Shown here one piece after another: positions 1 through 8,293 of a stretch of 22,697 bases of DNA (its first letter is position 1; each line of letters opens with the position of its first letter). The notes below the pieces were generated by a model. The model was not told the origin of the DNA. It was given only the letters and a program-made list of their open reading frames with translations, and made no database searches. The stretch covers positions 1 to 22,697 of the forward strand of contig JAHQWL010000073.1 of NCBI GenBank assembly GCA_029856155.1, given 5' to 3'. The DNA comes from Promethearchaeia archaeon (GTDB lineage Archaea; Asgardarchaeota; Lokiarchaeia; Sigyniarchaeales; SOKP01). A program made the position numbers and the translations under genes.

Positions 1-124
1 GCGGTAAATAATTAAATATTTATTTATTATAAAAATAATGTTTCAAACTATTAATTAAGGCTTAATAATAAATAGAATAAGTTACAGTTCATTAGGATTC
101 AGAGTTCAAAATCCTTTGAGACTG
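1..124 (-). mobile_element. Left end of a second ISH3-like IS copy; its transposase would lie upstream of the window on the - strand
   Basis: Reverse complement of 1-124 (CAGTCTCAAAGGATTTTGAACTCTGAATCC...TATTTACCGC) aligns without gaps to 19866-19989 (CAGTACCAAAGGATTCTAAACTCTAAATCC...TACTTACCGC) at 98/124 by manual count. Similarity begins exactly at a CAGT terminus. Confidence 0.88.
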
Positions 125-151
125 TATTTTTTTACAAAATTAGGTTTTACT

Positions 152-694
152 TTAATATTCAATTCCATATCGAGCTGTAATTCCTTGAGAAGAATAATAA
201 TGTTTTATCATTCGCATTTCTGTAACTAAATCTGCTAACTGTTTTAGCTTTGGATGCATTTTTGGACCTCCTGTTAAGATTAATTCAACCTTTTCCGGTT
301 TATTTTTTATTAGGTCTAATACAGGCTCAATAGATATAACATTCATTGATATGGCAACTCCTACCTCATCAAGTATAACTATATCATACTCATCACTCAT
401 GATAATTTCTTTAGCGAAGTTTAATGCCTTTTTACCTTCTTCTAAATCAAATTCTCGCGGTTCAGCGATTAGATCTGGGCTACCAAATTGTTTTAATTCA
501 AAATTAGAAATATTTTTAATAGATTCAATTTCACCGTATTTGTAATTACCTTTCATAAATTGAATCATGTAAACTTTAAACCCATGCCCTATAGCACGTA
601 TGCCTTGCCCTATTGCAGCAGTGGTTTTACCCTTTCCTCTTCCAAAGTATACTTGAACTAAACCTTGGTTTAATCTTTTTCTAGTCGTACTCAT
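152..694 (-). CDS. cobO: Cob(I)yrinic acid a,c-diamide adenosyltransferase (CobO/CobA/BtuR family)
   Basis: GLVQVYFGRGKGKTTAAIG P-loop, IQFMKG, YDIVILDE, ELILTG, ADLVTEMRMIKH and C-terminal ARYGIEY. Confidence 0.93.
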   Translation of the reverse strand: MSTTRKRLNQGLVQVYFGRGKGKTTAAIGQGIRAIGHGFKVYMIQFMKGNYKYGEIESIKNISNFELKQFGSPDLIAEPREFDLEEGKKALNFAKEIIMSDEYDIVILDEVGVAISMNVISIEPVLDLIKNKPEKVELILTGGPKMHPKLKQLADLVTEMRMIKHYYSSQGITARYGIEY

Positions 695-775
695 TGTTTT
701 TCAATCTATTAATTTATTATATTTTGAAATACTCTATTATTTAATTAGTTTTTAATGCTAAAGAGATGTGATTTC

Positions 776-1543
776 ATGGGCAAATATGAGTTTTTAAATA
801 ATCAACTGAATAAATATTTGAGATTAGCTACATTTCCAATTGGTATAAAATTACTTCAAAATTCTGAAGATTTAGAAACTATCAAGTTTTTAAAAAAACC
901 GGAACATAAAATTGCGGTCTGTCAAATATTTAGTTATGCTAGATATTATGGCTGGACAATGGGATGTGCAAAAGAAGATAATTTATGTCCATTAGCAGGA
1001 ATTTCTATAGGGTTTGAAAAATCACATAAACTCTTTGAAGAAGGAGCATTTTTTATAGGACGATATAATGAAACCAAAGAGGCAGCTAAAAAGACAACAG
1101 CTTCTATGCCTAAATTTCCGTATGCTAAATATTCAGCCATCGTTTCTGGAGCCTTAGAACGAATAGACTTTAAGCCGGATCTAATTTTGATTTGGGGAAA
1201 TTCTGCTCAAATAATGCGAATTATTCAAGGATATTTATGGAAAAAAGGGGGAAGAGTCTCAATGTCAACTTTTTGCGATGGTGTATGTGCTGATACAATA
1301 ACTAAAGCAATTTTAACAGGAGATTTGCAAATTGCCTTCCCTTGCCTCGGTGATCGTCGCTTCGGAATGGCTATAGATACTGATCTAATAGCATCAATAC
1401 CTATAAATATCATAGAAGAGATTATAGAAGGTATGGAAAAAACTCATAAAGCTGGAACTCGATACCCTATTCCTTACCAAATTTCAACTCCAGAATTCTT
1501 TGTAAAACTCAAAAAGCAATTAGATAAGGCAAAAAAATCATAA
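776..1543 (+). CDS. DUF169 family protein
   Basis: PIGIKL, CQ...AR..G, CP.A...G, PDLILIWGNSAQIMRI, CADTI, PCLGDRRFG. Start placed at ATG 776 after a GATGTGAT SD-like sequence (ORF open from 755). Confidence 0.85.
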   Translation: MGKYEFLNNQLNKYLRLATFPIGIKLLQNSEDLETIKFLKKPEHKIAVCQIFSYARYYGWTMGCAKEDNLCPLAGISIGFEKSHKLFEEGAFFIGRYNETKEAAKKTTASMPKFPYAKYSAIVSGALERIDFKPDLILIWGNSAQIMRIIQGYLWKKGGRVSMSTFCDGVCADTITKAILTGDLQIAFPCLGDRRFGMAIDTDLIASIPINIIEEIIEGMEKTHKAGTRYPIPYQISTPEFFVKLKKQLDKAKKS

Positions 1544-1605
1544 TTATTTTCTTTAATTAGCACTAAAATTGGAAAAAGAGAAGTTTATGTATTTTTTAAT
1601 AAATT

Positions 1606-2040
1606 TTATTTTTTACTCTTATACAATCCAACTATTTCAGCAGATATTATGGTGTGATCTTCCATTTCTTCGTAGAAATTCTTCTTATTGACACCTTTTA
1701 ATTTCTCAACATCAATTGCGTAGACTTTAAAAATATATCTGTGTGTACCACTTGGGGGTGCGGGACCACCATAGCCCGTTTTCCCAAAATCATTTTGTAA
1801 CTGATCACCAGGGATTGGTCCTCCTTGAGGAATTTCAACTACATTTTTTGGAATATTCACTACAAGCCAATGAATCCAATCGCCTGCTGGGGCATCGGGG
1901 TCATTACATGAAATAGCAAAACTCTTAGCATTTGGAGGGGCTCTCTCCCATTTCAGATGAGGTGATTTATTCCCTTCTCGTAATGAAAATTTTCTATCTA
2001 ATAATTGATTATGTTTAAAATCATTACTTGTTAATTTCAT
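1606..2040 (-). CDS. YbhB/YbcL family Raf-kinase-inhibitor-like (PEBP) protein
   Basis: MKLTS..F start, NKSPHLKW, DPDAP..WIHW, NDFG..GYGGPAPPSGTHRYIFKVYA. The start is likely ATG 2040 rather than 2109. Confidence 0.92.
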   Translation of the reverse strand: MKLTSNDFKHNQLLDRKFSLREGNKSPHLKWERAPPNAKSFAISCNDPDAPAGDWIHWLVVNIPKNVVEIPQGGPIPGDQLQNDFGKTGYGGPAPPSGTHRYIFKVYAIDVEKLKGVNKKNFYEEMEDHTIISAEIVGLYKSKK

Positions 2041-2395
2041 AATGATAATTAGGATTAATTTCATATATATGTCTTTGTTTCTATTAATGGAGATAACCAG
2101 TAATAGCAACTATCGTTATAGAATTATGTTCATCGTTCTTGAAAGTATAAAGCAATGAAAAATTAATGATTTTCTACATAATTTTTTTTATAATTGAAAA
2201 TTATTTGAATATAAGCATTAAAATTTACGATTAATCTCTTTTACTTTCTGTTTTATGTAATAAATAGACAATTGCTAGAACACTTGCCTATTTACTTTTT
2301 TTAATTATTTAGGATTAATTTAATTTTAATTTAATAAACAATTATTATTTTAAAGTATTGAGTTATAGCTAGTTAATTAAATAAAGAGAATCTTC

Positions 2396-3256
2396 ATGAG
2401 AATTAGTAAATTAATGTCATTAGAAGAAGCTATATCTACATATGTTCAAGATGGAGATCTTATTGGAATTGGAGGGCTTTCTTTTTGGAGAAAACCAATT
2501 AGTGCTTGCAGAGAAATAATTAAACAAAATAAAAAGGAATTAACCTTATGTACGTTTGTTGGTGGTATTGAAGTTGATATGTTAATAGCTGGAGGATGTG
2601 TTTCAGAAGTACGATCCTGTTTTGTTGGAATGGAAATTTTTGGAATGGCACCAAATTTTCGAAAGGCTGTAGAATCTGGTTCGATCAAAATATCCGAAGA
2701 AAGTGAAGCCACAATTGCTCTAGGATTAAGAGCATCATACTTGAAAGTTCCTTTCATGCCTTTAAAAGGTATTATCGGAACCGATATACCCAAAGTAAGG
2801 GATGATATTATACAAATTGAAGATCCTCTTGGTTCTGGAATACAATTAATGGCTGTACCTAAGATAGATCTAGATGTTGCAATTATCCATGTGCCCTATG
2901 CTGATGAATTTGGAAATGGTAATATTGCAGGAGCTGTTTGGATGGATGCGGATATGGCTAAAACGGCAAAAAAAACAATAATTATATGTGAAAAAATAGT
3001 AGAAACGGAGGATATACGATACTTACCGGGGAAGGCACAATTACCTATGCAAACCACTACTGCTGTTGTGAAGATTCCCTTTGGTGCTCATCCGAGTTCA
3101 GTTTATCCTATATATACATTTGACGCGTTACATATTCAATCATATCTAAAAATGAATTTCACGGAATATAAAAAGAAGTTTATTGAGGTTAAATCTCATG
3201 CTAAATATTTAGATAATGTTGGAGGGGCTCAAATGATATTAAATATCTTATTATAA
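2396..3256 (+). CDS. Class I CoA-transferase-fold alpha subunit (GctA/IpdA-like)
   Basis: SKLMSLEEAI, DGDLIGIGG..RKP, VPFMPLKGIIGTD, DVAIIHVPYADEFGN, PFGAHPS. Confidence 0.88.
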   Translation: MRISKLMSLEEAISTYVQDGDLIGIGGLSFWRKPISACREIIKQNKKELTLCTFVGGIEVDMLIAGGCVSEVRSCFVGMEIFGMAPNFRKAVESGSIKISEESEATIALGLRASYLKVPFMPLKGIIGTDIPKVRDDIIQIEDPLGSGIQLMAVPKIDLDVAIIHVPYADEFGNGNIAGAVWMDADMAKTAKKTIIICEKIVETEDIRYLPGKAQLPMQTTTAVVKIPFGAHPSSVYPIYTFDALHIQSYLKMNFTEYKKKFIEVKSHAKYLDNVGGAQMILNILL

Positions 3257-3451
3257 TCCAATTTGAACAAAAGCATTTATAATTAGCCCTCAAGATAGTT
3301 AATATTTTACATTGTTAATTTTCAATTTTAAGTTATGGTTCGAAAAATTAAAATGGATACAATGATGTACCATTCGTAAAATAGATAAATTATAATTAAT
3401 CACCTTAGCTATTAAATAAAATTTATATATAAATTAGAAGTAATTTTCAAA

Positions 3452-3943
3452 ATGATTTATTTAGAAGTCAAATTACCAGACATTCCGGGAAGTCTAATAG
3501 AAATGATTAAGCCAATCTCCCAAAATGGTGGAAATATTTATGGAATATTACACAATCACAACAAAAAGACAAATAATATGATTCCTGTTACTGTTTGGTT
3601 TGATATAAATGAGGAGCTTATTGATTTATCAGTAAAAAATATTCAGAAAGATCTAATTAAAAAAAATATAGAAATAATTAGTATTTCGATAGATTCAAAA
3701 AAAAATGTGATGACATTTATCTTATCTGGACATGTTTTCGATACTGATATAACAGATACTCTTAGACGGTTAGAAAAAAAAAATATAAAAGTTTTTAATC
3801 TACAGGCAAAATTTGCTGGACTTGAAGAAATAAGCAATGTTAAAATGAATGTAGAATTCCCCGAATCTATGACTAAATTCGAATTAATGAGTGAAATTGA
3901 AAAAATTTGTAAAGAGAAAAATCTTTTCTTGATAAGATCATAA
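3452..3943 (+). CDS. Tandem ACT-domain protein, archaeal homoserine-dehydrogenase-associated regulator type
   Basis: LPDIPGSL..IKPISQNGGNIYGILH ACT motif and a second half with ILSGHVFDTDITDT. Lies directly upstream of hom. Confidence 0.82.
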   Translation: MIYLEVKLPDIPGSLIEMIKPISQNGGNIYGILHNHNKKTNNMIPVTVWFDINEELIDLSVKNIQKDLIKKNIEIISISIDSKKNVMTFILSGHVFDTDITDTLRRLEKKNIKVFNLQAKFAGLEEISNVKMNVEFPESMTKFELMSEIEKICKEKNLFLIRS

Positions 3944-3965
3944 TAAGTTAAAGCACTGTGTTGAT

Positions 3966-4985
3966 ATGGAATTAAAAATCTGTTTAATCGGCAAAGGTAA
4001 TGTAGGAACTTGTTTTTTAAAATTATTAAAAGAAAGAATTAGCTTTATTAAAGAAATGTATAACTGTGATTGTAAAGTAGCTGCAATTTTCGAATACGAT
4101 GGTGCGCTAATCAATAAAGATGGAATAGATTTAGAAGAGCTTTTAGCTAAGAATACTAATTTTAGGGAAAATAAATTTTGGAAAAAAGAGGTTAAAGCAA
4201 CAGATCTTATCTCTGAATTAGATCTAGATCTTTGTATTGAAACAACTCCTACTGAACCAAAAACTGGAGAACCCGCACTAACACACATTATTGAAGCTTT
4301 AAGTAATAATATCGATGTTATTTCGGCAAATAAAGCCCCATTCTTTCTACATTATGAAAGAATTAAAAATTTAGCTGATAAAATGAACTGCTTTGTAAAA
4401 TATGAAGCAACTGTTGCTAGTTGTGTCCCTGTATTATCTATAAAAAGAAATTTAATAGGTAATAGGATTACCCGTATTGAAGCAATACTAAATGGGACGA
4501 ACAACTATATTTTAAGTCGAATGGCAACCGAAGGAATTACTTTTGCTGTAGCATTAAAAGAAGCCCAAGAGTTAGGGTATGCAGAAGCAGATCCAAGTTT
4601 AGATGTGGATGGTTTTGATGCGGCGGGGAAATTGGTAATCCTAGCAAATGAACTACTTAATTGGTCAAAAAGCATTGAAGATGTAAAAATTGAAGGGATT
4701 ACTAAAATCACGCCAGAGGCTCTGGAATTAGCAAAATCAGATGGATATACCATAAAGCATCTAGCTATTGCAGAAGAAAATGATTTAATTGTGGGACCAA
4801 GGTTGGTAAAAATGGATTCACCATTAAATATTAGTGGGATACTAAATCTTATAAAACTTCAAACGAAATATGCAGGATCCATAATTTTAATGGGAAGAGG
4901 AGCTGGTGGTTTTGAAGCAGCATCAGCGATACTTAACGACCTAATCACTATCGTTAAAGAGAGAAATAAGGTAAACGTTAATTAA
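3966..4985 (+). CDS. hom: Homoserine dehydrogenase (short form without fused ACT)
   Basis: GKGNVG Rossmann motif, VISANKAP, YEATVAS, ILNGTNNYILSRM, AQELGYAEADPSLDVDGFDAAGK, GRGAGGFEAASAILND. Confidence 0.95.
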   Translation: MELKICLIGKGNVGTCFLKLLKERISFIKEMYNCDCKVAAIFEYDGALINKDGIDLEELLAKNTNFRENKFWKKEVKATDLISELDLDLCIETTPTEPKTGEPALTHIIEALSNNIDVISANKAPFFLHYERIKNLADKMNCFVKYEATVASCVPVLSIKRNLIGNRITRIEAILNGTNNYILSRMATEGITFAVALKEAQELGYAEADPSLDVDGFDAAGKLVILANELLNWSKSIEDVKIEGITKITPEALELAKSDGYTIKHLAIAEENDLIVGPRLVKMDSPLNISGILNLIKLQTKYAGSIILMGRGAGGFEAASAILNDLITIVKERNKVNVN

Positions 4986-5012
4986 AATAATGAAGCGAAT
5001 GAGGCATTTTAA

Positions 5013-6371
5013 ATGAAATTTCACTCTACAAACTATAAATCTAAGGAGGTAGATTTTAAAACTGCTATTTTACAAGGTCAAGCTTTAGATCATGGATTAT
5101 ATATGCTAAATAAAATTCCAAAAATAACTGAAGAGACTCTTGATTCTTTTAAAACTATGGATTTCATCGAAATGGCATTAATTATAATTTCAAAATTTAT
5201 TGGAGATATTATATCAGAAGAAAAACTTAAAAAAATAGTTAATGCTGCCTTAAATTTTAAAATTCCTGTTGAAAAAATTGGTAATAATGACTATTTATGT
5301 TATTTAGATCGTGGTCCTACCTGTAGTTTCAAAGATTTTGGAGCAAGAATGTTAGCCAGAATAATAGAACATTTTCTCGAAATTGAGAATAAACACTTAA
5401 TAATATTAACAGCAACTTCAGGAGATACAGGTGGTGCCGTTGCTCAAGCTTTTTATGAAATGCCAAGAATTAAAGTTGTGGTTCTATACCCTAAAGATGA
5501 AATCAGTGATTTACAAAGAAAACAAATGACAACTTTAGGTAAAAATGTTATTGCTATTGGGATAAATGGGAAGTTTGATGATTGTCAAAGCTTAGTAAAA
5601 ACGGCTTTTGCTGATAAAGAGTTAAAAAAGCTTAGTTTATCTTCTGCGAATTCTATAAATTTTGGGCGATTATTACCTCAAACACTATATTATTTTTGGA
5701 GTTATTCTCGTATTGTAGAAAGAAAGGGAGAAGAAGTCCTATTTTCTGTTCCCTCAGGTAATTTTGGAAATCTTACCGGAGGTCTAATAGCAGAGAAAAT
5801 GGGACTTCCTGTTAAGAAATTTATTTCAGCAGTTAATGAGAATGATGAATTTCCAATATTTTTGAGAACGGGTGTTTATAAAAAAGTTGAACCCTCAAAA
5901 AAGTGCCTATCTAACGCTATGAATGTAGGCCATCCCTCAAATTTAGCTAGAATATTTGATCTTTACGGGGGTCAAATAGATGAGAGTGGAAATATTTATA
6001 AAATGCCAAATATGGAAGAACTTCGTAAAGACATCATTTCCTATTCCATAAATGATGAAGTCACTAAAGATACAATTGTTAATTTTTATGAAAAGCAGGA
6101 AAAAATTATAGAACCTCATGGAGCTGTAGGATGGGCAGCTCTAAATATTTATCGTAATAATTATCCAGAGAATACTAATCTTAAATCAATAACATTTGAG
6201 ACTGCACATCCATCAAAATTTCCAGATGAAATAATTTCATTAATAAAAATTACTCCAGAGTTACCACTTTCATTGAAAATGATAAGAGATAAAAAAGAAT
6301 TTCCTAATCCAAAAGAAATAAATAATTACCAAGACTTTAAGAATTTTTTACAGAAAGAATTTGGTAATTAA
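5013..6371 (+). CDS. thrC: Threonine synthase (long, bacterial/fungal type with N-terminal domain)
   Basis: GPTCSFKDFG (PLP lysine), ATSGDTGGA, QRKQMTT, FDDCQ, SANSINFGRLLPQ, VPSGNFGNL, EPHGAVG, TAHPSKF. Confidence 0.95.
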   Translation: MKFHSTNYKSKEVDFKTAILQGQALDHGLYMLNKIPKITEETLDSFKTMDFIEMALIIISKFIGDIISEEKLKKIVNAALNFKIPVEKIGNNDYLCYLDRGPTCSFKDFGARMLARIIEHFLEIENKHLIILTATSGDTGGAVAQAFYEMPRIKVVVLYPKDEISDLQRKQMTTLGKNVIAIGINGKFDDCQSLVKTAFADKELKKLSLSSANSINFGRLLPQTLYYFWSYSRIVERKGEEVLFSVPSGNFGNLTGGLIAEKMGLPVKKFISAVNENDEFPIFLRTGVYKKVEPSKKCLSNAMNVGHPSNLARIFDLYGGQIDESGNIYKMPNMEELRKDIISYSINDEVTKDTIVNFYEKQEKIIEPHGAVGWAALNIYRNNYPENTNLKSITFETAHPSKFPDEIISLIKITPELPLSLKMIRDKKEFPNPKEINNYQDFKNFLQKEFGN

Positions 6372-6386
6372 TGTTCATAGTATAAT

Positions 6387-6998
6387 CTAATCAGATAAAT
6401 CTAAATAGTTAGAAATCAAATCTTTTAGTTCAGAATACTCATTAACTACTGGAAATTGGGGAAATTCATCAATAACATTTTGAGGAGGTCTAAAAAGGAT
6501 ACCATGTTTAGATTCTAATAACATTGGCACATCGTTATATGAATCCCCAGCTGCGATTATTTCATAATTTAACTTTTTCAGAGCTAAAACTGTTTGTTTT
6601 TTCATGTCTTTTATACGAATTTTATAATCAATAATAATACCTTCTTCATTAGATTCGAGATTATGACAAAAACAGAGAGGAAAGCCTAATTTTTGCATAA
6701 AAGGCATTACAAATTCAATATAACTGTCAGTAACAATAACAGTTTGAGCAATACTTCGAATATGAAAAAGAAATTCTTTTGCACCTGGTAGTGGTTCCAT
6801 ATTTAAAATAATTTCTTGAATATCTTTAAGCGAAATATTATTCTTTTCTAATAATTCTATTCGATTTTTCATAAGAGCATCATAATCAGAAATATCTCTG
6901 GTAGTTAATTTAAGTTCCTTAATTCCAGTCGATTTACTTACTGCAATCCATACTTCAGGTGTTAAAACCCCTTCTAAATCAAAACAAACAATGTACAT
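6387..6998 (-). CDS. thrH: Bifunctional phosphoserine phosphatase / phosphoserine:homoserine phosphotransferase (HAD)
   Basis: CFDLEGVLTPEVW, LTTRDISDYDALM, AAGDSYND..ML, GILFRPPQNVIDEFPQFP. Start likely ATG 6998; ends in TAG. Confidence 0.92.
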   Translation of the reverse strand: MYIVCFDLEGVLTPEVWIAVSKSTGIKELKLTTRDISDYDALMKNRIELLEKNNISLKDIQEIILNMEPLPGAKEFLFHIRSIAQTVIVTDSYIEFVMPFMQKLGFPLCFCHNLESNEEGIIIDYKIRIKDMKKQTVLALKKLNYEIIAAGDSYNDVPMLLESKHGILFRPPQNVIDEFPQFPVVNEYSELKDLISNYLDLSD

Positions 6999-7225
6999 AA
7001 TAATTTTTCCATAAAAGTATATATTTAGATTTTTAATAAATCCCAATTAATAAGGACTATTAAAAGAATGAATTTATAAAAGATCCTAAACCTTTTATAT
7101 CTAATGAAAAAATTTTAAATGAATCTTTTAAGGAAACGGCAAGGGAAAAATTATTTTATATATTTTATTATAATAAGAGAAAATATAACATCTGAACAAG
7201 CAATTCTAGACAATATAATAATCCT

Positions 7226-7315
7226 ATGGAATTAAATAATAAAAGAAGATCAATTCGAGATTACAATCCTAAATTATTTACCTTAGAAGAAATTAATACA
7301 ATTATGCATAGTTAA
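7226..7315 (+). pseudogene. Remnant of a nitroreductase-family N-terminus
   Basis: 29-codon ORF MELNNKRRSIRDYNPKLFTLEEINTIMHS* carries the RRSIRxY FMN-binding motif followed by an EEI..I helix, then stops. Confidence 0.55.
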
Positions 7316-7360
7316 AGTAGCTATTAAATATCAGATTAAAAAAAATTAAGGAGGGAGAAA

Positions 7361-8242
7361 ATAATAACTGAATACTCTAAAGATTATACCGTTGATGAGA
7401 TAATGACTGTTTTAATGGCAAGAGAAGTCAGAAATGATGATGTAATGATTGTTGGTGTTGCAACTCCAATGGTTTGGGCCGCATTCACATTAGCGAAGGT
7501 AACACATGCCCCCGATGCGATATATCATTATATCATGGGAAATACATTCGTACAAGAAGCACGTCAAGTATCACTACTTTATCTTGAAATGAATACCGCT
7601 CGAGCTTATCGATTTCAAGACAGTGTAGAATGTACATTAGAATCTCTTCCCTCCGATAAGCTCACTACGATTGAATTCTTCAGACCCGCTCAGATTGATC
7701 AATATGGGAATAGTAATAATATATGTATTGGTGATTGGATCAAACCAAAAATAAGACTCCCCGGAGCTGCGGGAATTCTTGACTTTAGTATGTTTTACGC
7801 TCGTGGATCCTTTCTTTATACTCCTCGCCATGATATAAGAACATTTGTTCCTGCTGAAAAACTTGATTTTATCTCTGGAGTTGGTTTTCCTGATGGTAAA
7901 CCTTCCATGTGTGGTGGAGCTGGTCCTCAATGTGTAATCACCAATTTAGCCTATTTAGATTTTGATGAAACCAGTAAAAAAATGAGAGTAACTTCAAGCC
8001 ATCCTGGAGTTGAAGTTGAAAGTATTAAAGAATCAACTGGATTTGATCTAATTATTTCAAAAAATATAAAAGAAACAAAACCACCATCAATTACAGAAAT
8101 CAAATTATTAAGAGAAAAAGTTGACCCCCTAAATATTAGAAAATTAGAAGTTCTTGCTGGAAAAGAACGTGAAGCATTGTTAAATGAAATTATCAAAAAA
8201 GAATTATCTATGGAAATTAGGTTCCCAAGATTAATTAATTAA
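7361..8242 (+). CDS. Class I CoA-transferase-fold beta subunit (GctB/IpdB-like); probable ATA start
   Basis: YTVDEIMTVLMAREVRNDD, AQIDQYGNSN, PKIRLPGAAG, FISGVG, GPQCVITNLA, HPGVEVESIKESTGFDL. The frame is open upstream of ATG 7403 to a TAA at 7337, with GGAGG at 7350-7354 before ATA 7361/7364. Confidence 0.85.
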   Translation: MITEYSKDYTVDEIMTVLMAREVRNDDVMIVGVATPMVWAAFTLAKVTHAPDAIYHYIMGNTFVQEARQVSLLYLEMNTARAYRFQDSVECTLESLPSDKLTTIEFFRPAQIDQYGNSNNICIGDWIKPKIRLPGAAGILDFSMFYARGSFLYTPRHDIRTFVPAEKLDFISGVGFPDGKPSMCGGAGPQCVITNLAYLDFDETSKKMRVTSSHPGVEVESIKESTGFDLIISKNIKETKPPSITEIKLLREKVDPLNIRKLEVLAGKEREALLNEIIKKELSMEIRFPRLIN

Positions 8243-8293
8243 TAATTTATAGTAAAGTAGATAATTTTTATTGCATTTGAGCGATATAGATCT

